Positions 1 through 9,619 are shown, counted from the first letter of the stretch. The stretch is DNA of 64,000 bases from Bacteroidota bacterium (GCA_022711175.1 JAKLFM010000001.1:69780-133779), one strand, 5' to 3'. Notes: generated by a model from the sequence alone, not told the origin. A program made the numbers and translations.

Positions 1-589
1 TTTCCATGGAGCGGTCGAGAATTTCAGTATATGCGTCAACATTGTTGCCGAACTGCTTTTCGCGTATCATATGCAGGTAGCCGTCGATGGCATTGAGGGG
101 CGCCTTGAGTTCGTGCGACAACACTGAAAGAAACTGAAACCTTATTTGTTTGCCGGTACTGTTGAGCGATTGGGTCATTCGCTTCAGGAAAAGCTGCTTC
201 GTGATATTTTCGATGCTTGCTCTTATTTCCTGGGGTGTGAAAGGCTTCGGAATAAAGTCAATAGCGCCGTCGCGGGTGGCTTTAACGGCAAGTTCGAGCG
301 AGGCATACGAAGTTATCATTACAACAATGATGTCGTAATGCTTATTTTTTACATACTCTAATACTTCAACACCTTGAATATCAGGCAGCTTATTGTCTAA
401 CAGCAGGATATCGGGCTGTTGTGTATCTATAATTTCGATCCCCTCGCTTCCAGTGGCTGCTTCAAGTATCTCGAATTCAATGTGTTCATCCATAAAAGGA
501 TAATCCACTTTGAAATTCTGCAGAATACGCCTTGTGCCATCGCGAATTCCCTGCTCGTCGTCAATTACTAAGATTTTGAAAGTGGCCAT
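1..589 (-). CDS. Hybrid response-regulator receiver / histidine kinase, N-terminal part (gene runs off the left edge)
   Basis: Reverse translation from ATG 589-587 gives MATFKILVIDDEQGIRDG..., a receiver domain (LLLDNKLPD). It is followed by a kinase H-box, SHELKAPLNAIDGY. No stop codon occurs before position 1. The start lies 2 nt after the stop of the upstream receiver gene. Confidence 0.75.
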   Translation of the reverse strand, partial: MATFKILVIDDEQGIRDGTRRILQNFKVDYPFMDEHIEFEILEAATGSEGIEIIDTQQPDILLLDNKLPDIQGVEVLEYVKNKHYDIIVVMITSYASLELAVKATRDGAIDFIPKPFTPQEIRASIENITKQLFLKRMTQSLNSTGKQIRFQFLSVLSHELKAPLNAIDGYLHMIREKQFGNNVDAYTEILDRSME

Positions 590-591
590 TC

Positions 592-978
592 CTACATTTT
601 TAATAATTTCTTGATTTCGCGCTGCAACTGGTCAATTCTTATGCCTTTGTCAAGGAAAAGATCAGCATTGATCCAGCGCTGGTTTTCTTCAGCCATCACA
701 TCGAAGGACATTCCCGTTTCGGCAGTAACGGCAGTTGCAATTATAATGGGCACATCAGGATATCTGCGTTTGATTTTATAACTCAGGATGAACCCGCTGT
801 CATCGGTTTCCATCATAAGGTCCAGAATACACAAATCGGGTTTAATTTCTTCTATTATTTTTTCGGCCTCCTTTTGACTTTCGGCGGTGATGGTATCAAA
901 ACCCATACTTTCAACTTTCAGTTTCATCTGAAAAATATAGTCGATGTCATCGTCAACAATCAGGATTTTCTTTTTCAT
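592..978 (-). CDS. Stand-alone CheY-like response-regulator receiver (128 aa, no output domain)
   Basis: MKKKILIVDDD...DLCILDLMM has the receiver acidic pocket and phospho-acceptor Asp. The protein contains a receiver domain only. Confidence 0.85.
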   Translation of the reverse strand: MKKKILIVDDDIDYIFQMKLKVESMGFDTITAESQKEAEKIIEEIKPDLCILDLMMETDDSGFILSYKIKRRYPDVPIIIATAVTAETGMSFDVMAEENQRWINADLFLDKGIRIDQLQREIKKLLKM

Positions 979-1022
979 TATATGTTCTGTATTGTATTCG
1001 TAAATATGCGCACAGGAAAATA

Positions 1023-3050
1023 TTACAGCATCCGCTTCCTCGGAAGGGTGATTGTGAAGGTGGTTCCAGTAGCCCCTTTCAAAATATCGGCATTTGAATC
1101 TACTTTAACATCGCCTTTATGCATTTTCACAATGCCGTATATGATTGGAAGTCCGAGGCCTGTTCCTTTCCCAATGCCTTTGGTAGTAAAAAAAGGTGTG
1201 AAGAGCTTGTCCATATGCTCTTGCAGTATTCCCGAACCATTATCGGTAACACGTATGAAGATAGTTTCATCTGTATCGCTGAGGCTGAGGGTGATTTTAC
1301 CTCCTTCGGGCATTGCCTCAACCGAATTCTTGATCAGGTTTGTAACAACTTGTGTCATTTGGTCGTAATCGAGCATCGCCTTATTGTTGATAAGGTGGTT
1401 TTCGAGTATAAGGCTTATGTTAGAGGGAATCACAACTGAATTCATACTATGTTCGGCGAGCTCTGACAAGTCGATCTCAGTTATGTTCACCTGGTTCTTA
1501 CGTGCGAAGTTCAGTAATCCCCCGACGATTTTCCGGCAACGGTCGGCTTGTTCAACTATGAGTTCCAAATCTTTATGAATGGGGTTTTCCTGGGGAATTT
1601 CTTCGCGTAATATATTGCTGTACATGGTGATAACACCAAGCGGGTTGTTGAGTTCATGAGCAATTCCCGCTGAGAGCTGTCCCATACCTGCTAATTTCTC
1701 CGAGTGTCGCAGGGCTTCCTGCACTGTTGCCAGTTTCTCGTTTGAGATGTTGAGTTCGCGGATATATTTATGCAGTTTTTCGATGGAATATGGCAGGCAC
1801 ATTTCTGTTTCTGCAAGTCCGCTGAGTATGGCTACAGCATGTTCTTCGCATGAATCGTAGCCACAGGCGCCGCAATTGAGGTAATCGCCCGGCCCGTACT
1901 TTCCCATCCTGAACATCACTTCCCTGATTTGCTCGTTTGAAGGCCTCACCCCGCGCATATCGATTGATTTAAATGATCGCGACAGGTCGAGTTTGCTATA
2001 TTCATCAAGATTTTTCTGCCATTCATCGCGATCGATCACGGCCATTTTTGCATTGGCATAATTGATAATTCGCGCCTTTTTAGCGTATCGGTTGCTGCTG
2101 GCCGAAGTGTTGAGGTATGGCGACATGCCGGGGCCCATAATGCAGCCTTCGCAACACAACAGGTGAACATGATGGCCACGCAGGTTGCCTTGTTCATATT
2201 CGCGGAGGGCATCCTGGAAATTGGCCTTTCCGCCAGCAACTATTACATTCTCGCTGAGGATATCCTCGGTGACTTCCATTGTGTTGAGCAGGCCGTGGCT
2301 AAGCGGGAAAATAGCCCCCCTGCCCGACAATGGCGGATCAAATTCGGATGGCGTTATACTTTTTGGATTGATGCGGCTGTCGTTAAACATCTCGCGCAGT
2401 TCCCTGAAAGTGATGGCGTTGTCAATTTCTTTCGATTCGGCTTTTTTTGCCAGGCATGGCCCGATAAAAACCAGAATCGAATCAACACCATAAATGCTTC
2501 TCACAACCCTGGCCATAGCAACCATGGGCGAAACAACCTCAGCCAGGTTACCCACCAGGTCGGGGTAGTAACGTTCAATATATGATACAATAGCAGGGCA
2601 ATCGGATGAAATGGCCGGCAAACCGTTGTCAAGTTGTTCCTTATATTTACGTGCAACCAGATCGGCCCCGAAAGCCACCTCGGTTACATGACGAAAGCCA
2701 AGTTTCCTGATCATGCCTACGAAAACCTTATGATCGGGAATATCGGCAAATTCGGCGGGAAAACTGGGCGCCACCAGGGCAATAACTTTGGCACCGGATT
2801 GTATGAGTTTTGTTACAGGGTCAATTTCGCGGCGAAACACCTTAGCGTTTTGGCTGCAAACCTTTATACAATTGCCGCAGGCAATGCAGCGCTCGGTAAT
2901 CACTTCGGCCTGCCCGCCAGCAATGCGTATGGCTTTGGCCGGACACTCGCGCACACAGGTATAGCACATCCGGCATTTCTCCCTGATGGTGAATACCAGT
3001 TTGGCAATGGCCGGGTTTGGCTGATTTACATTATATTGAGTGTCTTCCAT
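1023..3050 (-). CDS. [FeFe]-hydrogenase-like (H-cluster domain) sensor fused to a histidine kinase (HisKA + HATPase_c)
   Basis: The N-terminus has 2x 4Fe-4S motifs (CRMCYTCVRECP, CIACGNCIKVC). Degenerate H-cluster motifs follow: SSDCPAIV, GPCLAKKAE, LLCCEGCIMGPG, plus CGACGYDSC. After a coiled coil come the H-box AHELNNPLG and DNGSGI...GTGLGL. The gene starts 23 nt downstream of hydA. Confidence 0.85.
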   Translation of the reverse strand: MEDTQYNVNQPNPAIAKLVFTIREKCRMCYTCVRECPAKAIRIAGGQAEVITERCIACGNCIKVCSQNAKVFRREIDPVTKLIQSGAKVIALVAPSFPAEFADIPDHKVFVGMIRKLGFRHVTEVAFGADLVARKYKEQLDNGLPAISSDCPAIVSYIERYYPDLVGNLAEVVSPMVAMARVVRSIYGVDSILVFIGPCLAKKAESKEIDNAITFRELREMFNDSRINPKSITPSEFDPPLSGRGAIFPLSHGLLNTMEVTEDILSENVIVAGGKANFQDALREYEQGNLRGHHVHLLCCEGCIMGPGMSPYLNTSASSNRYAKKARIINYANAKMAVIDRDEWQKNLDEYSKLDLSRSFKSIDMRGVRPSNEQIREVMFRMGKYGPGDYLNCGACGYDSCEEHAVAILSGLAETEMCLPYSIEKLHKYIRELNISNEKLATVQEALRHSEKLAGMGQLSAGIAHELNNPLGVITMYSNILREEIPQENPIHKDLELIVEQADRCRKIVGGLLNFARKNQVNITEIDLSELAEHSMNSVVIPSNISLILENHLINNKAMLDYDQMTQVVTNLIKNSVEAMPEGGKITLSLSDTDETIFIRVTDNGSGILQEHMDKLFTPFFTTKGIGKGTGLGLPIIYGIVKMHKGDVKVDSNADILKGATGTTFTITLPRKRML

Positions 3051-3073
3051 AAATGGCGCACTTTCATGGTATT

Positions 3074-4801
3074 TTACAGCAATACTTCCCTTTTTTGGTA
3101 ATCAGTATAGAGCATCTGGCGTATCTCCCCGTTAACGGGCAGATCAAGATAGTTGTCGTAGAGTATTTGCAGATCGGGATTTTTAAAAGGTGTTTTAACA
3201 GGCTCTTTATCGTCAATTTCATATATGGCTTTAGCCCTGGCTTTTACAGCTCCGTCATCATGGCTGGCCGGCTGGCCGCCGCCACCCACGCAGCCACCGG
3301 GGCATGCCATCACTTCAACGAAATGGATATCAGTGCGTCCCGCCTCAATTTCATTCAGCAATGTTTCGGCGTTTCCTATTCCGTTTACAACCGCAAAGCC
3401 TAGCGTAAAGTCGCCAATTTTTACTGTAAACTCTTTAATTCCTTTTGATGACCGAAGCTCGGTTATGCGCTTTGCCTGCAAATCTTTACCGGTAATCATC
3501 ACAAACAGCACCCTGATGAGCGCCTCGGTCAGTCCCCCGCTAACGGCTAACATTTTGCCCGAAGCACTCCGGCTTCGGTACGGCTGATCCGACATTTCGG
3601 GTTCAACCTGCTGAACATCAATGCCATTAAGACGAATCAGCCTGGCGAGCTCGCGGGTTGTCAGCACCATATCAACATCCGTAATACCTTTGTGAGTCAT
3701 TTGTTCGCGTTGCGACTCAAACTTCTTCGCGATACAGGGCATAGCCGAAACGGAATAGACTTTTTCGGCCTTTAATTTCCTGCTTTGAGTAAAGTGATTG
3801 CTTATCAACGTGCCCATCATTTGCTGTGGCGATTTGCACGTTGAAATATGATTGAGAAGCTGAGGCCTGAATTGCTCGGCATACTTGATCCATGCAGGGC
3901 AACAGCTCGAGAACATTGGTGTTTTACCACCATCGCGAAGCCTGCTGAGCAATTCGCCGGCAAGCTCGGTAATGTACAGATCGGCTGCAAACGAGGTGTC
4001 GAATACGAAATTGAAACCAATTTTTCGTAGAACAGCGTACATTACCCCTTCCATATCTTTTCCTGTCCTGAAGCCAAATTCCTCGGCCAGGGTGACCGAT
4101 AAGGTAGGTGAACACTGAATAACCGTTTGTATTTCAGGATTATGGAGTTTCTCCTGGAGTTCAGCAGGATGCTTTTTTTCCGTTAACGCGCCTGTAGGGC
4201 AAACAAGAATACACTGTCCGCAGTTGATACAACTCGAAAGGTTCATGCCTTTGTTGAAGGCTGGACCTACCTGCATTTCGTTACCGCGCCCGATAAATTC
4301 AAGGGCTGTAACATTCTGAATTTCTTCGCAAACCCTTATGCACCTGCCGCAGAGAATGCACTTGGCGGGATCACGGAATAGCGAAGCACTTGAAGGATCG
4401 GTTTTGTATTTATTCTTTTTACCAAAGAACCTGCGTTCGCGAACATAGAGGTCTTCGGAAAACTTTTGCAATTCGCAGTTACCGTTACTTTCGCAATAGA
4501 GACAGTCGTCAGGATGATTGCTGAGCAGCAATTCGATGTTTGTTTTTCGGGCTTTGATGACGCGGGGTGAATGTGTACGAATTTTCATCCACTCTTCAAC
4601 CGGATGTGAGCAGGCAGGCAGCAAGCCTTGTTTTCCTTCAACCTCAACAACGCACATACGGCATGCCCCCGAAGGCTGCAATCCGCGTATATGGCACAAC
4701 GTTGGAATGCTTATGGCATTTCGCTCAAGCGCCGACAAAATCGTTTCGCCGTTGCGCGCCTTTATGGTTTTACCGTTGACTTCTATATCGAAAAACATCA
4801 T
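3074..4801 (-). CDS. hydA: [FeFe]-hydrogenase catalytic subunit (HydA/HndD type, 575 aa)
   Basis: N-terminal 2Fe-2S and several 4Fe-4S motifs are present. All three canonical H-cluster motifs are intact: FSSCCPAW, MPCIAKKFE, EVMACPGGCVGGGGQP. Confidence 0.92.
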   Translation of the reverse strand: MMFFDIEVNGKTIKARNGETILSALERNAISIPTLCHIRGLQPSGACRMCVVEVEGKQGLLPACSHPVEEWMKIRTHSPRVIKARKTNIELLLSNHPDDCLYCESNGNCELQKFSEDLYVRERRFFGKKNKYKTDPSSASLFRDPAKCILCGRCIRVCEEIQNVTALEFIGRGNEMQVGPAFNKGMNLSSCINCGQCILVCPTGALTEKKHPAELQEKLHNPEIQTVIQCSPTLSVTLAEEFGFRTGKDMEGVMYAVLRKIGFNFVFDTSFAADLYITELAGELLSRLRDGGKTPMFSSCCPAWIKYAEQFRPQLLNHISTCKSPQQMMGTLISNHFTQSRKLKAEKVYSVSAMPCIAKKFESQREQMTHKGITDVDMVLTTRELARLIRLNGIDVQQVEPEMSDQPYRSRSASGKMLAVSGGLTEALIRVLFVMITGKDLQAKRITELRSSKGIKEFTVKIGDFTLGFAVVNGIGNAETLLNEIEAGRTDIHFVEVMACPGGCVGGGGQPASHDDGAVKARAKAIYEIDDKEPVKTPFKNPDLQILYDNYLDLPVNGEIRQMLYTDYQKREVLL

Positions 4802-4853
4802 GGATGTTTTGTTATTGTTCAGGGAAACAGATTATTAGGCCAGGTTTCATTAT

Positions 4854-6785
4854 TTACTTGATTGTTATGGCTACAAACTTGCATACGTCGTAACAAATAC
4901 CGCAGCCTATGCATTTATCCTCGATAATGAAATGCGGCTGCCTTGGCTGACCAACAATTGCATTGGTAGGGCATTTGCGCAGGCAGGCAACGCAACCTGT
5001 ACATTTGTCCACTTCGATGTAGAACACCCGTAACTCCTTACACACTCCGGCTTTGCACCTGCGGTCGAAAATGTGTTCTTCAAATTCATCGCGAAACCAT
5101 TTCATAGCACTCACCAGCGGGTTAGGAGCTGTTTGCCCCAATCCGCAAAGCGATGTATCACGTATCACTTCCGATAGTCCTTCGAGCTGCATGATGCCTT
5201 TGAACCGTTCGAGCACTTCGTGCCCGGTTTCGCTGGGCGGCCTGCGTGTAATATTTTCAAGTATTTCATGAATACGGCGTGTACCTTCGCGGCAGGGAAT
5301 GCACTTACCGCAACTCTCCTGTTGCAAAAAATCCATGAAGAACTTCACCATATCAACCATGCAGGTATTCTCATCCATCACCACAATGCCGCCCGAACCC
5401 ATGATTGCACCGGCTTCCCACAGCGATTCATAATCAACCGGCAAACTGAGCTGCTGCTCGGGCACACAACTTCCTGATGGGCCACCGATTTGCAATGCTT
5501 TGAATTGTTTTTCGTCCTTAATGCCTCCGGCAATCTTAAACACGAGGTTTTTGAGGGTCGTCCCCATTTCAACTTCAATAAGCCCTGTAACTGCTGATTT
5601 TCCGGTAACGGCAAATACCTTTGTTCCTTTGCTGGTGGCAGTTCCGATACTGTTAAACGCCTGCGGCCCGTTTTTAAGGATATAGGTAACGTTCGACAGC
5701 GTTTCTACATTGTTAATAACGGTAGGCTTTCTGAACAGCCCTTCCACTGCAGGATGCGGCGGTTTGGGCATAGGCATGGCCCTCTTACCCTGGATACTGT
5801 TAATCAGGGCGGTTTCCTCACCGCACACAAATGCACCCGGACTTACTACCACATTGATTTGCAGGTCGATACCGCTCTTGAAAATATTGTAACCCAGCAG
5901 GCCGTATTCTTTCATCTGTGCAATAGCTGTGCGCAGATGCCTTATAGCCTGCTGATAATCGGCCATGATGTAAATATATGTTTTGGTGGCGCCTATGGCA
6001 TATGCAGCAATAGCAATGCCCTCGAGCAATGCATGAGGGTCGCCTTCGATAACAGCACGATCCATAAAAGCGCCCGGATCACTCTCTGCAGCATTACAAA
6101 CCAGGTATTTCTGATCGCTTACAGTATTATGAGCTGTTTTCCATTTTCGTCCGGTAGGGTAACCTCCACCTCCGCGCCCGCGTAAACCACTTTCGTCAAT
6201 AATATCGCAAACTTTTTCGGCAGTATAATTGCTGAGGCATTTAAGGTATGTTTGGTAACCGCCGCGTGCAATATAATCAGCAATATTCTGCGGATCAATT
6301 TTACCGCAATTGGCAAGTACTATACGGTGCTGATGTTTAAAAAACGGGAGTTGGCCGATATCGTCAACCCCTTGGTATGCCTGGTGAAGCGGATTAAAAA
6401 ACTGCCCGAGTACATAATCCTGCGGAACAATACCATTGAAAATATCGTCGAGCACAGGTTCAACCAGTGATTCGTCGATATTGCGAAATGAGATGCGTGA
6501 TTTACCCGGTAACTGAACATCGAGCAGCGGTTCGGCTGAGCAAAGGCCTATGCAGCCTACTTCAACCGTTTCGGCATCAATGTTTTTCTCCGAAAGATAA
6601 TTTCGCGTGGCTTGCAATGTTTTATCAGCGCCTGCAACAATACCACAACTACCTGTTCCTACGTAGATTACAGGACGTTTGATTCGTTCGCGGCGAATTT
6701 CGGCAAGCCTTTTCAAAGCAGCCTGCCCATGATCGGGAGCTTTAGCCGTTAGAATTTCTGAGATCAAGAATTCCCTGTCGCTCAT
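4854..6785 (-). CDS. hydB: NuoF-like NAD(P)H/FMN-binding hydrogenase subunit (HydB/HndC type)
   Basis: The protein has an N-terminal thioredoxin-like 2Fe-2S domain and the FMN/NADH motif GLRGRGGGGYPTGRKW. It also has ESCGKCIPCREG and a C-terminal 2x CxxCxxCxxxCP. Confidence 0.9.
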   Translation of the reverse strand: MSDREFLISEILTAKAPDHGQAALKRLAEIRRERIKRPVIYVGTGSCGIVAGADKTLQATRNYLSEKNIDAETVEVGCIGLCSAEPLLDVQLPGKSRISFRNIDESLVEPVLDDIFNGIVPQDYVLGQFFNPLHQAYQGVDDIGQLPFFKHQHRIVLANCGKIDPQNIADYIARGGYQTYLKCLSNYTAEKVCDIIDESGLRGRGGGGYPTGRKWKTAHNTVSDQKYLVCNAAESDPGAFMDRAVIEGDPHALLEGIAIAAYAIGATKTYIYIMADYQQAIRHLRTAIAQMKEYGLLGYNIFKSGIDLQINVVVSPGAFVCGEETALINSIQGKRAMPMPKPPHPAVEGLFRKPTVINNVETLSNVTYILKNGPQAFNSIGTATSKGTKVFAVTGKSAVTGLIEVEMGTTLKNLVFKIAGGIKDEKQFKALQIGGPSGSCVPEQQLSLPVDYESLWEAGAIMGSGGIVVMDENTCMVDMVKFFMDFLQQESCGKCIPCREGTRRIHEILENITRRPPSETGHEVLERFKGIMQLEGLSEVIRDTSLCGLGQTAPNPLVSAMKWFRDEFEEHIFDRRCKAGVCKELRVFYIEVDKCTGCVACLRKCPTNAIVGQPRQPHFIIEDKCIGCGICYDVCKFVAITIK

Positions 6786-6813
6786 GCTTTTTCTTTTATA
6801 CCCTTACTGTGAT

Positions 6814-7275
6814 TCAGGCTCTTTTGCGAATGACGTCGAAAAGTAATGCCAAATCGCCGGCTGACAGGACGGTATGAAATTCACCGTTGATGGCAATGAT
6901 TGGCGCTTTGCTACATGCCCCCATGCAGTTAACAACCTGCAGGCTAAACATGCCGTCGCGGGTTACCTGCCCATCGCGGATTTTAAGCAGCTTTTCAATT
7001 TCACGCAGCAGCGATACAGCTCCCTCGATATGGCAAGTAGTTCCGCCGCAAACCTGGAGGTGATACCGGCCCTTCGGCATAAATCTGAAATGGTCGTAAA
7101 AGGTAGAAATACCGTAAACCTTACTTGATGGCAGCCCAACATACCGTCCGACGGCTACAACCGCTTCCTCCGACAAATAGCCAGCTTCTTCCTGGATTTC
7201 CTGCAAGAGTGGCAATAAGGCTTCACGGCTCCCTTTTTTATACCTCGAACAAATTACATCAATGTCAATCGGCAT
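6814..7275 (-). CDS. hydC: NuoE-like [2Fe-2S] hydrogenase subunit (HydC/HndA type)
   Basis: The CGGTTCHIEG...CMGACSKAP cysteine pattern matches the NuoE family. It is the first gene of the minus-strand operon. Confidence 0.88.
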   Translation of the reverse strand: MPIDIDVICSRYKKGSREALLPLLQEIQEEAGYLSEEAVVAVGRYVGLPSSKVYGISTFYDHFRFMPKGRYHLQVCGGTTCHIEGAVSLLREIEKLLKIRDGQVTRDGMFSLQVVNCMGACSKAPIIAINGEFHTVLSAGDLALLFDVIRKRA

Positions 7276-7354
7276 ACTAATTTTTCTTGGGGTATCAGCT
7301 ACAAAAATAACTATTCTCTAGGATTTGAAAGAATAAATTGTTAAAAAAATAACA

Positions 7355-7372
7355 GTGTTATTGAAATAACAA
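7355..7372. promoter_or_regulatory. Rex-like palindromic operator candidate in the divergent hyd promoter region
   Basis: GTGTTA-TTGAAA-TAACAA matches TTGTTA-N6-TAACAA at 11 of 12 half-site positions. It is embedded in AATAACA-G-TGTTATT-GA-AATAACA (7348-7371). It lies about 80-97 nt from both divergent start codons. Confidence 0.4.
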
Positions 7373-7453
7373 AGACAAGCAGTCCAATTTTACTACTTTT
7401 GTTTTACAGTTATGGTGTAACTTCACACAGCGATAAACGTAAGCTAACCGAAA

Positions 7454-7708
7454 ATGGACCCACTGAAAAAAGAGATAGTGATCTGTCTTGGCAGTTCATG
7501 CTTTGCACGCGGCAACAAATCGGCAATAAAAGCAATTACCGAGTTCCTGAAGGAACACAATCTGCAGAATGATGTTAATTTTCGTGGCGAAAGGTGCTTT
7601 GGTATGTGCGCTAAAGGACCTGTTTTGAAATTGGGTAACGTTTATCACGAAAATGCCGATACCGAATCAATCATACTCTTACTCCGCGATTACCTCGAAA
7701 TCAATTAA
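7454..7708 (+). CDS. Small thioredoxin-like [2Fe-2S] ferredoxin (84 aa)
   Basis: Four Cys residues occur in CLGSSC...CFGMC, as in the NuoE C-terminal fold. It is the first gene of the plus-strand sensor operon. Confidence 0.75.
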   Translation: MDPLKKEIVICLGSSCFARGNKSAIKAITEFLKEHNLQNDVNFRGERCFGMCAKGPVLKLGNVYHENADTESIILLLRDYLEIN

Positions 7709-7742
7709 TACCATCCCCCTTATAAATTAAGCTCCAGTGATT

Positions 7743-9602
7743 ATGGAAAGCCCGCTGCTGCATATAAATGCTGACCTCTGTAAGGAGTGTTATGCCTGCA
7801 TACGTATATGTCCTGTAAAGGCTATCGAACTCAGGGCTAACGAAACCGTGCCATTTATTGCTGATTCCCGCTGCATTGGATGCGGGAGTTGCCTCGAAGT
7901 ATGTCATCCCAAGGCCATTATTTATTATGATTCGCGACAGGATGTGCGAAAGCTGCTCGATTCCGAATCAAAAGTAACTGCCCTGCTCGATCCAAGCATA
8001 TCAGCCGAATTCGACGATATTACGGATTACCGCAAGTTTGTCGCCATGGTTAAACAACTGGGTTTCAACTATGTACACGAAACAGCTTTTGGAGTTGATC
8101 TGGTTGCAAAAGAATATCATGAACTGGTGAGTAATTTCCTGGGCAAATACTACATACTGGCAAATTGCCCTCCCATTGTATCACTTGTTGAGAAATATCA
8201 CCCGGCGCTAATCGAAAACCTTGCTCCCATTGTAAATCCAATGGTTGCATCAGCCAAAGTTGCCCGCATGCTGCATGGTGATGATACACATATTGTTTTT
8301 ATAGGCCCTTGCCTGGGGGCAAAAACCGAAGCCATGCGGTTCGAAGGCGACGGCGCTGTGGATGCTGTGCTGATGTTTGATGAACTGCGACGAATGTTCG
8401 AAGAAACCGGCATCAAAGAAAGTACCATCGAATACGCCGATTTTGAAGAACCTACAGGATACAAAGGTTCATTGTTTGCCCTTAGCGACGGCATATTGCA
8501 GGCAGCCGGCCTAAGCCAGGATATGCTTACAGGCACCATGGTTACCATTGATGGCCGCGACCGTGTCTTGCAGGCGATAAAGCAGTTTGAAGAAAGTATT
8601 GATTACATCCGCAAGAACTTCAACATTTTCTATTGCGAAGGCTGTATCATGGGTCCCGGAATGAAGCCAAACGGCATGAAACTGAAACGCCGGACCGAAG
8701 TGGTAAGCTACAGCAATAAACGACTGGCTAATTTCGAAAAAGGTAAATGGATTAAAGAACTGAATCATTTCAGCGGTATTGAACTCAGGCGGACATTTGC
8801 TGCTGATGACCAACGGTTAGCCCCGGCGCCTAAGGACAAGGTGGAAGAGATTCTCAAAATCATAGATAAAGGTGACGGAGAGATGGACTTAGGTTGCAAG
8901 GCTTGCGGATACGAAAGCTGCCGCGATTTTGCCGAAGCAGTTGCTAACGGAATTGCACGAACCGACATGTGCATAAATTATTCTCTTCGAAGCAAACAGG
9001 AATACATTAAGTCGCTGAAAGTCACCAACGAGAAGCTGGCCAAAACGCAACAGGCTTTGCAGGATTCGGAAAAGCGTGCGCTCATCGAAAAACAAGCTAC
9101 CGAAGATGCACTCGAAACAACACAGACCATGCTTCGCAAACTGCCTACAGCAGTGCTTATTGTTGATGAGTCGCTGAAAATCATTGCATCAAACGAAAGT
9201 TTTATAACCATCCTGGGCGAAGAGGCTGCCGATATCAACGAAATAATTCCCGGTTTGGTGGGTGCCGACCTCAAAACACTGCTGCCTTTCAATTTCTACA
9301 AACTCTTTCAGTATGTTCTCACCAGTGCCGATGATATTGTTGGCCGCGATGTTCACCTGAATGATAAGCTGCTGAATGTCACCATCTTTTCGATAAGGAA
9401 AAATAAAATTGTTGGCGGTGTGGTTCGCGACATGTATATGCCCGAAGTAAGGAAAGAAGAAGTGATAAACCGCGTAACCGATGTAATAGAGCAAAACCTG
9501 GAACTCGTTCAGCAGATTGCCTTCCTTCTCGGCGAAGGAGCTTCAAAAACTGAAAAGATGCTGAATTCGATCATTGAGTCGCATCAATCCAAAGAAGAAT
9601 AA
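7743..9602 (+). CDS. HydS-like sensory [FeFe]-hydrogenase homologue with a C-terminal PAS domain
   Basis: 2x 4Fe-4S motifs (CKECYACIRICP, CIGCGSCLEVC) are followed by ANCPPIV, GPCLGAKTE, FYCEGCIMGPG and CKACGYESC. A coiled coil and a PAS-like region (TAVLIVDESLKIIASNESF) follow. I prefer the ATG at 7743; the ORF track starts at GTG 7737. Confidence 0.85.
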   Translation: MESPLLHINADLCKECYACIRICPVKAIELRANETVPFIADSRCIGCGSCLEVCHPKAIIYYDSRQDVRKLLDSESKVTALLDPSISAEFDDITDYRKFVAMVKQLGFNYVHETAFGVDLVAKEYHELVSNFLGKYYILANCPPIVSLVEKYHPALIENLAPIVNPMVASAKVARMLHGDDTHIVFIGPCLGAKTEAMRFEGDGAVDAVLMFDELRRMFEETGIKESTIEYADFEEPTGYKGSLFALSDGILQAAGLSQDMLTGTMVTIDGRDRVLQAIKQFEESIDYIRKNFNIFYCEGCIMGPGMKPNGMKLKRRTEVVSYSNKRLANFEKGKWIKELNHFSGIELRRTFAADDQRLAPAPKDKVEEILKIIDKGDGEMDLGCKACGYESCRDFAEAVANGIARTDMCINYSLRSKQEYIKSLKVTNEKLAKTQQALQDSEKRALIEKQATEDALETTQTMLRKLPTAVLIVDESLKIIASNESFITILGEEAADINEIIPGLVGADLKTLLPFNFYKLFQYVLTSADDIVGRDVHLNDKLLNVTIFSIRKNKIVGGVVRDMYMPEVRKEEVINRVTDVIEQNLELVQQIAFLLGEGASKTEKMLNSIIESHQSKEE

Positions 9603-9619
9603 CCTATGCAGGAAAGCTC

